Made by a program: the position numbers and the translations under genes
NCBI GenBank assembly: GCA_040285745.1
Contig: JAUFOR010000003.1
Location: forward strand, 558,001 to 622,000
DNA: 64,000 nucleotides
Direction: 5' to 3'
Source: Barthelona sp. PCE
Lineage: Eukaryota
The notes under the pieces: generated by a model
Database searches by the model: none
The model's input: only the letters and a program-made list of their open reading frames with translations
What the model was told of the DNA's origin: nothing
Shown here: positions 41,365-51,714 of the stretch, one piece after another
How positions within the stretch are numbered: position 1 is the first letter of the stretch
Layout of the letters: every line of letters begins with the position of its first letter

Positions 41365-42252
41365 ATGTTTTCTCATCGCATTAAGAACGCTTCTGATCTG
41401 CGATATGCCGGTTCATTTGAGTTTGATAATATGTTGAGCATATCTATGAAGGCACCGCTCTCCCCAAGGCTTAAAACCCGCAAAATTGTTTCCGTTGACC
41501 AATCTAAAGTATCTAAAAGAAGACCATACACACCGAAACGTAAAAGCCCATTGTTAAGGCAGCTTTCAAATCCACCAAGCCGAATTGCAATGGAAGGGGC
41601 CGAAAAGCGCAAAAGGGCAAGTAAGGCAGCAGAAAGCACACCTATTCCGCCCAAGTATTTCAGTAGCAAAACAAAATATCAACCTTTAGAAGATATTTTA
41701 CCTCCAGTTCGACACACAGAGGGCTTTGCACCCTCACAGGTTAAAAGAGATCGGGATTATCTTAAGAAATTCAGAAAGCAACGATCAATTTATAGAAGAC
41801 AGCGAATACCTTTAAAAAAAGTAATTGATGATATTGTATCAAGACCATCAACTTCATACGTAAATAATAACACAGAACTCATACACACAGATAATGCCAT
41901 GAACGCAACCTTTACATTACAGGAAAAGGACAAAGAAGCTGATGAAGGAAAATTGTATAATAGACCAACAGAATGTAACACATTTGAAGAACCTGAACGA
42001 CCAAGGACTAGTTACATACCCGAAACGAGCTCCCTGAAGCTTTTTGAAGATGATTGGAAGCCAATGATATCGCAAGTATCTGAAACAATTTTTTCAGCAA
42101 GGGTCAGGTCCAAAGCTTTGCAAAAAGGAAGAACAAAAGGTTCACTCAGTTCAAAATTGTTACGTTCACCGCCCAAACCAACAGCATCAAAAAGACGAGT
42201 CAATGGAAATTTTTGGTCCACATCTTCACTTTCCTTGACTCAGCATTTGTAA
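41365..42252 (+). CDS. Basic, disordered hypothetical protein
   Basis: 295-aa ATG ORF, K/R/S/P-rich. Confidence 0.65.
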   Translation: MFSHRIKNASDLRYAGSFEFDNMLSISMKAPLSPRLKTRKIVSVDQSKVSKRRPYTPKRKSPLLRQLSNPPSRIAMEGAEKRKRASKAAESTPIPPKYFSSKTKYQPLEDILPPVRHTEGFAPSQVKRDRDYLKKFRKQRSIYRRQRIPLKKVIDDIVSRPSTSYVNNNTELIHTDNAMNATFTLQEKDKEADEGKLYNRPTECNTFEEPERPRTSYIPETSSLKLFEDDWKPMISQVSETIFSARVRSKALQKGRTKGSLSSKLLRSPPKPTASKRRVNGNFWSTSSLSLTQHL

Positions 42253-42266
42253 AAAAGAACTATTTA

Positions 42267-45200
42267 CTATTCTTTGTTTTTGGGGTTAAAAAGAAAAGAA
42301 GTTGTTGGAGCAAAATTACAAATAGGATAACCATAAGGCATGCTAGTGGAACTGACCAAAAGGTTACGAAGGAACATTGGGTTAGATTGAATAGATGCAC
42401 GTTCTGTTTGAGTACTCCTCAAAACAAGAATTTCCTGCACGGTAGAAGCCCAAAAATGTCTTACAGTATGTTCTTTAACTGTAGCTACAAAGAATGCTTC
42501 ACTAGATAGTTGATGGTTGACGATCTCATAGACTTCACCGTTCTCATTCCTGCTGGCTGCAATTGAAATACGACGAGGAACCTTTGAATACAGCCATTCA
42601 TTAGAATTGAAAGCGGCAAAAAACACCTCCTTCTTTATGTATGCCTTAAACAAAAAGTTGTAAAGATCTTCATTATTTGAATGCTCAGAAACAGTATAAT
42701 TGTATGATTCTAATGTGAGATACAACGAAAGCCGTAATGATTCACATATGACATTATAATACTGGTTGTAGCTTGGCAATTTTTGATCTCTGGGAATATT
42801 TGAAGCAACATACTGTTTCTCAAAACCCATGAGAAGTACACGGCCAATAATATCTTTGGTGAAATCAGCCTGTTTGCCAAAATCATGCTTACCCAAACTT
42901 GTTACCTGCTTAAGATAATTTGCATTGGCCAATAATTGATATCTCAACTGCTGGATAATTTGAACAACTTGCACACAGTCACAGCTGGGGAGAGTCCCGT
43001 TGTGATCGAGTTGGTAATTGACAAGCTTCTCAAGACAATGAACACTGAATGATTGATATCGATCAACTTCATCAGCATTAAAATGAGCAAAGACATCATT
43101 ACCCTGAAGGAAACTTGAGTCAGCGTAAGCTTCCTCAGCCAATTTAGGTACATACCCGAAGAATTTAGGTGAACAAAGTACAAAAGCAGCAGCAAATTCA
43201 AACCATTTTATGAAGCCTATTAAACGATCATTATCAATCAAAATATTGTTTAGATTCATCTTAGCACTTGATGTACTATCAAAATGAAGATCGTATTGGG
43301 CAGGTTTTAAGTTTGAAATAGGATTACCAATAAAGATTGCTCGACCGATGTTGCCCAAATACGAATCACTAATTGATGATTTGTCGTACATTTCCTGAAC
43401 AAAACTCATTTCAGTAGAATGACAAGGTGTAGAGTTTAACTCTAAACAACGAGCTTGGAAACGTACAAATCCTACGCCAATTTCTATAACATGAACAAAA
43501 ACTACGTGATTCATGTTGGTGATCATAAATATTACACCAGGATAAAGGGGTACATAACCGTATCGACCATAGAACATATCTCTGCTGATTGATTCACTGA
43601 TCGTTTGATTGATGCGAACATAGAAGCCAATATCATTGGATGAGCCACCGCCTTGTTGGTCAACCTGGAATTTTTCAGGGTATTTATCCCAGAATTTACG
43701 CTGACGGAAACCAGCAGGCATATAAGCAGGCCAAGCACCAGCAAATGCATACGTTGTTAGATCAAGGATACCCGCAACAGCTAAGAGCAGAACAAAGAAA
43801 GGAATCATCATGAGGGAGATAATGTGATACTTAACAGCACCAAAGTCACCCATACAAGAGAACGAAGAATATGTGAACTTGATGTAAACAATGGCTCTGT
43901 ATACCTTGACGACAATCATTGAAATCAGAGGAGAAGCGAGAACAAAATCATAGATGTTGAAATAGGGAGCTAAATCCATTTCAACAACTGCATACGACGC
44001 AAGTGCAAGAACTGCATTCAGGTATGGTGTCTGGAATGCACGACGAGCAAAGTAGAAACAGGAGCAAAGTACAAGGATGCTACTCTTGTCACTGGTTTGT
44101 TCAAAAGCCATTGTGAGAAGCATGGGCATAATAACAATACATGAAATACCTTGGAATAGAAGCATAATTTTGGAAACAAAACTTGGCTTATCAAACGTGT
44201 ATTTGGGAGCAGCGAAACCGTTTGATGTATCAGTCTCGATACTATACGCTTTAAATGAGAAATTCCCCCAAAAATAGTGAGGAATGTTTGCCATACGACC
44301 GGGGATCAAAATATTTGCCAAGTACAACAAAACAATATATATCACAATAAGAATCTTGAAATCTAATACGGCTGGAACAAACATAGCTGAAGCAAAAGTG
44401 ACACCAACCAAAGCCAATATCATGCTTACATTTTTTCCCGTCATTCGCATATCCGAAGGAATACCACTGAGAGCGACTGCCCAAGCAACTAACATTGGGA
44501 TTCGTAATTTTTCATCTAACAGAGTAACAGAATACAAAACACCGGCAGAGACGGAGCAAAGCAAGGTTAGTCCCCAGAAAGAGGTTGCAGCAGATCCACC
44601 AAAGACGTAAATGTGAATTTGTTCCAGCACCCAACCGAGAAAAGCTTTAGGGTGGGTGACAAGTCCAATCAAAACAATGAATGGCATCAGACCCAGCATA
44701 TATGTAAAGATGGTGTTTGTATAAGATGTATATCTAGCAACATCGACAGCAAATGATCCAAGATAATACGTTCCAGTCGGGTTATACTCCTTTATGAGCA
44801 TAAGAACTGCTGCACAGAAGACAAAGTAAAACGCGTTTGACATGAGGTCAAGCGGTTCATCACCACGTTGACTACCAGAACGTGGCTCAGCAATACAAAA
44901 GAGAACTACACCTGATGATGCAAATCCGATTGTTGCTAAGATGAACTTCCATCCGTAAATTGATGGTAAAACATTAGCACCTGTATAAACAAGAGCAAAA
45001 CTGAGCAAAATTCGACCAATAGTGACAAGAAGTGGTGATCTGGTGAGAACCTTAGAATATTTTGCCTGATTGACGAAAATGGATGCCACAACTAGTAATG
45101 CAATTGGCAATGATACTGCCATATATCCGAAAAGGTAGACGGGTGCGTCTGATAACCCCATAACCAAGCCAGTGATCCAGAATAGTATGAATGCGAAGAA

Positions 45201-45332
45201 TTTAATAAGTACTTCAACTGGAGAACGCTCATAGAGAAAAGAGAAACCAAACAGACTGGAGAAACCATTGTATGGCCAAAACGTGAAGCAACTCTCATCG
45301 TCGTGCGATAGAAGAAAGTCACCAGCTTCCAT
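42267..45332 (-). CDS. Pecanex-family membrane protein (PCNX1-3-like)
   Basis: LEQIHIYVFGGSAATS, VHVIEIGVGFVRFQARCLELNSTPCH, VRHFWA...ERASIQSN..FLRNLLVSS...PYGYPI. Confidence 0.88.
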   Translation of the reverse strand: MEAGDFLLSHDDESCFTFWPYNGFSSLFGFSFLYERSPVEVLIKFFAFILFWITGLVMGLSDAPVYLFGYMAVSLPIALLVVASIFVNQAKYSKVLTRSPLLVTIGRILLSFALVYTGANVLPSIYGWKFILATIGFASSGVVLFCIAEPRSGSQRGDEPLDLMSNAFYFVFCAAVLMLIKEYNPTGTYYLGSFAVDVARYTSYTNTIFTYMLGLMPFIVLIGLVTHPKAFLGWVLEQIHIYVFGGSAATSFWGLTLLCSVSAGVLYSVTLLDEKLRIPMLVAWAVALSGIPSDMRMTGKNVSMILALVGVTFASAMFVPAVLDFKILIVIYIVLLYLANILIPGRMANIPHYFWGNFSFKAYSIETDTSNGFAAPKYTFDKPSFVSKIMLLFQGISCIVIMPMLLTMAFEQTSDKSSILVLCSCFYFARRAFQTPYLNAVLALASYAVVEMDLAPYFNIYDFVLASPLISMIVVKVYRAIVYIKFTYSSFSCMGDFGAVKYHIISLMMIPFFVLLLAVAGILDLTTYAFAGAWPAYMPAGFRQRKFWDKYPEKFQVDQQGGGSSNDIGFYVRINQTISESISRDMFYGRYGYVPLYPGVIFMITNMNHVVFVHVIEIGVGFVRFQARCLELNSTPCHSTEMSFVQEMYDKSSISDSYLGNIGRAIFIGNPISNLKPAQYDLHFDSTSSAKMNLNNILIDNDRLIGFIKWFEFAAAFVLCSPKFFGYVPKLAEEAYADSSFLQGNDVFAHFNADEVDRYQSFSVHCLEKLVNYQLDHNGTLPSCDCVQVVQIIQQLRYQLLANANYLKQVTSLGKHDFGKQADFTKDIIGRVLLMGFEKQYVASNIPRDQKLPSYNQYYNVICESLRLSLYLTLESYNYTVSEHSNNEDLYNFLFKAYIKKEVFFAAFNSNEWLYSKVPRRISIAASRNENGEVYEIVNHQLSSEAFFVATVKEHTVRHFWASTVQEILVLRSTQTERASIQSNPMFLRNLLVSSTSMPYGYPICNFAPTTSFLFNPKNKE

Positions 45333-45634
45333 ATTGTTGGAAAAAATCGAAAAGTCAAATACATTGTCTTTCTTGATTTATTGTCTTCAATTTGCTTTTT
45401 CGAGGCATATGGTGTGATATGTCCTCCATTTATTTGTGTTGTATTGTAAATAGAGGCTTTAAAAAATGCCACTCATTTTGGATGTTGATCAACATGAGAT
45501 TTCATTTATTTTGTCGAAGCTCAGTTTCTCATTCGAGGCACAGGTTGTCAATCATTTATACTACTAACAAAATAAGGCGACAGTATTTCATTTTCAATAT
45601 TCAAATTCTGAATTTTCTTTAACAATAGCACTAA

Positions 45635-46159
45635 TCAATCAACTTTCTCTTTTAGGTGTCTATAACGTTTCTCATTACGGGTAAGAGCTTTATCAATAGA
45701 TTTTAATCTCATAAAAAGAAGTGTTCCATCAATAGCAAGTGCAAATCCCAATCCTATTAGAGTTCCAGTAATTATTCTGTCACATGCTTTCCCAATTAGA
45801 AGTCCCATTATAGTAAAGACAACTATACTGATAAATAAATCAAAGAGACCAAAACCTAGAGCAAAAGAATTGGTTCTCTTTGATGTATCAACGGATCTTT
45901 TTGAGTATTTTGCGTATGCCTCTATGTTTTGACGCTCAGCTTGAGTTAGTGGTTTCTCCTCAATGGAGGAAACTACACCGCATGATTCGCTTAGCTCAAA
46001 ATGATTAGCTACATTGTTTTCCTTCAGTTTTCTAACCAATTCACCGAATTTGGGGAACGGGCACGGATTTTCATAAGTGATGTCATGTATTTCGAGTGCA
46101 TTTAGAAATTTGTCACTTAGTTTAACTTTAACAGAGTTGATATCCTTTGAGTACAGCAT
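45635..46159 (-). CDS. V-ATPase assembly factor Vma12/TMEM199-like
   Basis: About 174 aa, soluble N-terminal half, two C-terminal TM helices, basic tail ending KEKVD. Confidence 0.55.
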   Translation of the reverse strand: MLYSKDINSVKVKLSDKFLNALEIHDITYENPCPFPKFGELVRKLKENNVANHFELSESCGVVSSIEEKPLTQAERQNIEAYAKYSKRSVDTSKRTNSFALGFGLFDLFISIVVFTIMGLLIGKACDRIITGTLIGLGFALAIDGTLLFMRLKSIDKALTRNEKRYRHLKEKVD

Positions 46160-46242
46160 TCGGAACAATTTTGACCTTAAACTAATCAATAGACCATAAA
46201 ATGAAAAAAGAAAAGGGATAAAGAACTATTTACAAATTGAAG

Positions 46243-47787
46243 CTAAAATACCCGCGCTTGAATAGCACCATTGATGAAATTGACCAGAAGGACTACTAGA
46301 CACAAGAAAGGAAGTGTGTATTTTAATAGTTTATCTACAATACTAGAAAAACGAAGTGCACTCAATAACTCGTTAATAAACTCTTGTCCATCTGTGAAAA
46401 ACATTGGCATTAGGTTAAGGATACCAATAGAAAAAGATAAACTGGCTAAGCAATAAAGTAACTTCAAAAGTCTCTGTGGAAATTGAATTGGGAAGAATCT
46501 ATGCGATTTAACACCAGCCCAATAATACTCTGACACCGACACCGCCTTTATGAGCTGCTGTGGATTACCGATGACAGCTACCTCAATAATATGTGGTTGA
46601 ATAATTCCTTTTATCTGTGATTTTGTTATATTTTTAATATCATGATTTGTGATTAATGTAATCATTTTTTCTTTTGGTACCATTCTCATTGTAAAGAGCA
46701 TCTGATTTTCAGGTAGTTCAGGTTGGACACAGATACCTGCATTACCAATTAATTCATAACAATCTTCGTTTGTTGAACAGTAATCACCACGAATTATGCG
46801 ATCGGGATCTATACATCTTTTATGGAATAGAGATACTCCCACAGTATCAACTACATTCTGTGAATAACTGACACATTGGAACTCACCTAATGGCTTATCA
46901 CAACAAAAGTTACTATCAACAAAATGCTCATCCAAATCTTGCAAGGCCTGACAGTGTCCACGGCCAAGATCCTTGAATGGTGGTCTTGGCAGCATGTTGA
47001 TACATGTTGTGAACGATGTGAAGTTTGATGTTGAGCACATACCAACATCAATGAGTAGATCTCCAGAGGATAGAGCGTTTTTCAATGGCGAATAACCATC
47101 TATATCAGTAATGACGAGTCCAATCTCGTTAACATTATAAAACGCACCCTTTAACACGAATGGTGTCAATGATATGAGTCCTATCACAACGACCCAAGTT
47201 ACTAAATTAAATAAGGCACCAGCAGACGTTACCATTAGTCTTTTGATCATGCTTAATTTGTTGAACTGCTTCTTATCCAGTGAAATAAACGCTCCAGGGA
47301 AGCATCCTAGCAGGTATACCTCAATTCCTACCGTGTGGACTCCGAATAATCCTGCACATAATCCATGTCCTATCTCATGAACAACAACACTGATTAGGAG
47401 TGAGAAGACAAGGTAGTCAAGGTACTTGAACGGCATATTGAGGCCTGGGATGATGGGGACCATTGGTGGGATCACAGTTTTTGGTGACAGAAACATTTGT
47501 GATGTGTTATAGAGAATATATGGGAAGAAACCGAATATCGTAGCAAGGGCAATGCAAACTCCAAGATAGTAGAACTTATACTTCATAGAGAGCAGTTTTA
47601 GACGCTTACCACCCATTCTTTTGGGTTTATGGAATCTAATCTTCCAGCTAATTGGGCTCATACTTATATTCCGGTCGTTGAACCACTTTGCAATGCCCAA
47701 GATGCCGAAATGATCGGTCAAACTCCTAATAACAAAGAATGCAACGACATTAGCAATGAATATTCCAATAACAATATTTAAGAACAT
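46243..47787 (-). CDS. MBTPS2: Site-2 protease (peptidase M50) with PDZ-like and Cys-rich insert
   Basis: PIIPGLNMP, HEIGH, SAGALFN, NLMPMFFTDG. Confidence 0.92.
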   Translation of the reverse strand: MFLNIVIGIFIANVVAFFVIRSLTDHFGILGIAKWFNDRNISMSPISWKIRFHKPKRMGGKRLKLLSMKYKFYYLGVCIALATIFGFFPYILYNTSQMFLSPKTVIPPMVPIIPGLNMPFKYLDYLVFSLLISVVVHEIGHGLCAGLFGVHTVGIEVYLLGCFPGAFISLDKKQFNKLSMIKRLMVTSAGALFNLVTWVVVIGLISLTPFVLKGAFYNVNEIGLVITDIDGYSPLKNALSSGDLLIDVGMCSTSNFTSFTTCINMLPRPPFKDLGRGHCQALQDLDEHFVDSNFCCDKPLGEFQCVSYSQNVVDTVGVSLFHKRCIDPDRIIRGDYCSTNEDCYELIGNAGICVQPELPENQMLFTMRMVPKEKMITLITNHDIKNITKSQIKGIIQPHIIEVAVIGNPQQLIKAVSVSEYYWAGVKSHRFFPIQFPQRLLKLLYCLASLSFSIGILNLMPMFFTDGQEFINELLSALRFSSIVDKLLKYTLPFLCLVVLLVNFINGAIQARVF

Positions 47788-48181
47788 TTTATATGATTGG
47801 AACCTGCGTCAACCAGAAGAAAATACTTCTGCAAGTTGTGGAGGAGATGAAAATTGGAATAACAAGCTGATAATCTAAATTAGCTCTATGTGGATTCTAT
47901 TGCATGTGTTATGCAGGAAATCGTTGGAAGTGGATAGCTTAAGTGGATTTGCTTTGTCAAAAAAGTGTAAACTACTTTGTGTAAGAAAAGAACTGATTTA
48001 GCAGGCATTTAACATTTTCTGAGCATAAAGACATCTTTAGTTATATTACATTGTAATCTCCCCTTCCACGTGACAACAGTGCCATTGTTGAAGTTAGTGA
48101 ATTGTATAGCTGTAAAGAAAATCTTGGGATATGAATTGCTTTTCTCGCTCTTTTCACTTTTAAGGAACATAATTTATCGAT

Positions 48182-51037
48182 ATGAAGCTTCAATTTGACA
48201 TTCACTACAGAGTTTCATTTGGCAACATGCTCTTTTTGCGTGTTGTTGATTCTTCTCAAGAAATTTTGACGGACAGTGCATATGAAACTGCTGAGGGTCA
48301 TAAAGACTTCACTATGAGCTGGGTTTCTGATGATCTTTGGACCATCGAGATTGAAACTTTATCGGGTGATTTGGAACTCAAATATTTGTACGTTGTCCAA
48401 TATAACGATCGTGATTACCTCATTGAACCTTCCCCCCACCACCAACTTTCCTTGTCCAACACAACAAGCAAGGTACATATTTTTGATCAGTGGCGCCTTG
48501 ATTCAAGTCTTGCTGACAGAATTGCTGGTAAGGCTTGTTTTGAGAAGGTCATCTTCCGCGAGGAGGCTTCTGAGCTTGTTAAACTTAACCCACCTAAGGG
48601 TACTGATCGAATCACACTTAGTTTCCGTGTTTATTGCCCTCGTAAGATTAGTATTGCTAAGCTGAGCATCGTTGGTGACTGCTCTGAGTTTGGTGAATGG
48701 GATATTGCTGATGGAATCCAGCTCAAACATATCGGTGATCACATCTTTGCTGCCGATGTTGTTGTACGTTCATCAAGCCTTAACTCCGCTTATAAACTTG
48801 TTATGCACACCAACCAAGAAGAAGTCTGGGAGAACGGTGAGAACCGTAACCTTTACTTCCCTGTTGACGGTGCTAACATTTGTGTTTGTGATCTTGGTGT
48901 TTTCCGTTATCCTGATGAAGATCTTCCCAGAGGTTTCGGTGTCAACCTTCCCCTTTTCTCAGTCCGCACTGATGAGTCATGTGGCTGTGGTGAGTATGGT
49001 GATCTTCCCAAGCTTGTTGACTGGGTAAAGTCAATGGGTGCACGTATGATTCAACTTTTACCTGTCTCTGACACCCGTGTCTTTGATGATTTTAAGGATT
49101 CATATCCGTACAAGCCTCTTTCTGTTCTTGCTCTCCACCCCATCTATCTTACTCTTCGTCTTATTCCAGACTTCGAGAAGGTTGCCAACGAGTATGGTGT
49201 TCTCGCTAAGCAGTTAGACAGCGAGAAGAAGGTTATGTATGTTGAGACACTGGCTCTCAAGATGAAGTATCTCCGTGAACTTTTCAATCTTGCATTTGAT
49301 GATGAAACTGGTACTTTCATCGATTCTGATGTCGCCACTGATGTTCAACTCTTCTATGATGAGTCTTTCTGGTTACCTTCCTATTCAGCCTTCCTTGTCT
49401 ATAAGAACGAGTACGGAAGCTCCGATTTCCGTAACGATTGGCCTGCTGAGTTCTCAAAGTTCGACGAATCCATGCTTGAGTCCATCAAGAAGGATCCCGC
49501 TCTTTTCAAGGAGTATCAGTTTAACGTTTGGATTCAGTACCACTGCGACAAGCAGTTGTCTGAAGGCTCCGAGTATGCTGCCAAGCATTCTGTCGTCCTT
49601 AAGGGTGATGTTCCCATTGGTGTAGCTTTCCGTTCCGTCGATGCATGGGCTTTCCCTGAGCTCTTCCGTCTTCACATGTCCACCGGAGCTCCACCGGATC
49701 AGTTCTCAGCTGAGGGACAGAATTGGGGATTCCCTCCATACGATTGGGACAAGATGGCTGAAGATGATTACGCTTGGTGGCGTTCCCGCCTTCATCAAAT
49801 GTCGCGTTACTTCCACGCTTTCCGTATCGATCATGTTCTTGGTATGTTCCGTTTGTGGGAGAACCCACGTGAGCACAAGGCAGCTATCCTCGGTCGTTAT
49901 CAGCCTACTGTCAAGTTCACAAAACACGATTTCTCATTCGATGGTCTTTGGGATCTTGATAGATACGCTCAGCCTCACATCACTGATGAGGTCATCGCCT
50001 CTTTCACTGCTGATCCTAATATGATCGAGTCAGTTAAGAAGTCTTATCTTCAAACGCACCCCACTGTTGGTCACCGCTACGTTTTCCGTCCTGAGTTTGC
50101 TAACTCTGAGAAGGCCCTCTACGCTCATTATAATAAGTGTATTGAGGGTATTGATAGCGAAGAGGTTCGCCATTGGTTTAAGATTGAGCTGTCTATTGCT
50201 TGCAAGTTGTTCAATAACAGAACTCTCGCTCTTCATAAGGAGGATGGTGAGGAGTTTTACTGTCCCCTATACACCATGCAGCAGACAGAGTCTTTCAACG
50301 CTTTGCCTCATTACGTCAGAGAGCATTTCATTCGTTATCACACTGATTATCACTACGGTTCTACCCAGTTGTCGGTCTTCCACCAAGCAGCTCAGAAGCG
50401 TTTCCCTATGATTTCTTCTACAACTAACATGCTTATCTGTGGTGAAGATCTTGGTGCTATTCCTGCTGGATGTGCTGATGTCATGATGCAGTACGATGTT
50501 CTGGGTCTGCGTATTCAACGTATGCCTGAGAAGGGACTGTTCTCTCATCCTGATGACTATGAGCAGCTTATTGTTGCTTCCCCTTCAACTCATGATATGC
50601 CTCCAATCCGTCAATGGTGGGTTAACGAGCGTTTTGATGGTGTTAACGAGCACGAGCATAACCGTGAACAGGCACAAACACATCATCCTAAGATGACCCG
50701 TTTCTACGCCGAGATTCTCGGTAAGAACACCAACGAGATTCGCTTTGATGATGATCCTAAGTTCATTTCCGATCTTACTAACGCTATCTTTGATCAGCAC
50801 ATCTACTCACCTGCTATGTGGACAGTTTTCTTGGTTCAGGATCTTATGTATCTGGATACCCAATATTATCCTACTGATGTCAGTCCTACTGATGAAATTA
50901 TTAATAGGCCAGATATTCCTGAATTCTATTGGAGATATCGTATGCATGTTCCTTTGGAGACTCTTTTGGAAGATCGTGATTTTTCAAAGATGGTTAAGAA
51001 GAGACTTGCTCAAGCAAATCGTACAAAAATGTACTAG
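48182..51037 (+). CDS. DPE2: 4-alpha-glucanotransferase DPE2 (two CBM20 + GH77)
   Basis: QLLPVSDT, DSYPY, LKGDVPIGV, GAPPDQFS, GQNWGFP, FRIDHVLG, CGEDLG, STHDM, WRYRMH. Confidence 0.95.
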   Translation: MKLQFDIHYRVSFGNMLFLRVVDSSQEILTDSAYETAEGHKDFTMSWVSDDLWTIEIETLSGDLELKYLYVVQYNDRDYLIEPSPHHQLSLSNTTSKVHIFDQWRLDSSLADRIAGKACFEKVIFREEASELVKLNPPKGTDRITLSFRVYCPRKISIAKLSIVGDCSEFGEWDIADGIQLKHIGDHIFAADVVVRSSSLNSAYKLVMHTNQEEVWENGENRNLYFPVDGANICVCDLGVFRYPDEDLPRGFGVNLPLFSVRTDESCGCGEYGDLPKLVDWVKSMGARMIQLLPVSDTRVFDDFKDSYPYKPLSVLALHPIYLTLRLIPDFEKVANEYGVLAKQLDSEKKVMYVETLALKMKYLRELFNLAFDDETGTFIDSDVATDVQLFYDESFWLPSYSAFLVYKNEYGSSDFRNDWPAEFSKFDESMLESIKKDPALFKEYQFNVWIQYHCDKQLSEGSEYAAKHSVVLKGDVPIGVAFRSVDAWAFPELFRLHMSTGAPPDQFSAEGQNWGFPPYDWDKMAEDDYAWWRSRLHQMSRYFHAFRIDHVLGMFRLWENPREHKAAILGRYQPTVKFTKHDFSFDGLWDLDRYAQPHITDEVIASFTADPNMIESVKKSYLQTHPTVGHRYVFRPEFANSEKALYAHYNKCIEGIDSEEVRHWFKIELSIACKLFNNRTLALHKEDGEEFYCPLYTMQQTESFNALPHYVREHFIRYHTDYHYGSTQLSVFHQAAQKRFPMISSTTNMLICGEDLGAIPAGCADVMMQYDVLGLRIQRMPEKGLFSHPDDYEQLIVASPSTHDMPPIRQWWVNERFDGVNEHEHNREQAQTHHPKMTRFYAEILGKNTNEIRFDDDPKFISDLTNAIFDQHIYSPAMWTVFLVQDLMYLDTQYYPTDVSPTDEIINRPDIPEFYWRYRMHVPLETLLEDRDFSKMVKKRLAQANRTKMY

Positions 51038-51058
51038 TAAATGTGTTTACTTTTGTTT

Positions 51059-51652
51059 TTATTTATATTCTGTATCAGGAATATAAAAAATGACTGGTTT
51101 AAGTTGAATTGCTTGTAGATGACGTGCATAACAAGAAAATCCAATAAATCCAAATGTTACTGCAGCCATTTCAAATACTGAACCTGTTTTAAAGTCGTCA
51201 ATCACAAAAAAATACAGGTATATGAGGATTGATATCGTAGAACAAACTCCACAAATACGCGGAAGCTTTCCACCAATATTAACAAACAACAAACAGATAC
51301 AAAGAGTTGTAAATAGCATTGTTGAGAACACCATATGTGTTGTAGGCGTGTCGTACATATTAAAGAGGCCCGTGCATGTAAAATTAATTGTAAAAGAAAA
51401 ACCAAGCGCAATGATGAACTTTTTTCGTTTTTCAGTTATGTGATACATAGAATAGAACATAGCTGCTGCAAGAAAGCCCGTGCCACACAAGGAGATTCCG
51501 AATAATCCCTTCAAAACACTACTTTTCGCGCTTTCTGAAATGATAAATGGAAAACTAAGCGAAGTGGTGAGATGTGCAATAATCATACATGTAGCCAATG
51601 AGAAGATGGCCCAAGCACACATAGCCCTTGCAAAAAAACCACCTGTAAGCAT
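51059..51652 (-). CDS. Frag1/DRAM/Sfk1-like multi-pass membrane protein
   Basis: About six TM segments; FPFIISES, THMVFS, VFEM. Confidence 0.6.
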   Translation of the reverse strand: MLTGGFFARAMCAWAIFSLATCMIIAHLTTSLSFPFIISESAKSSVLKGLFGISLCGTGFLAAAMFYSMYHITEKRKKFIIALGFSFTINFTCTGLFNMYDTPTTHMVFSTMLFTTLCICLLFVNIGGKLPRICGVCSTISILIYLYFFVIDDFKTGSVFEMAAVTFGFIGFSCYARHLQAIQLKPVIFYIPDTEYK

Positions 51653-51714
51653 GAAAAGGAAAAAAAAAATATTTGCAAATGAGCTCTTTTTGATCAATTC
51701 AATACTGCTTCTAT

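Noticed and set aside
48330-51086. Many overlapping short ORFs within DPE2 (also within DDX6 and the MFS gene)
   Set aside because: Alternative-frame artefacts of codon bias.
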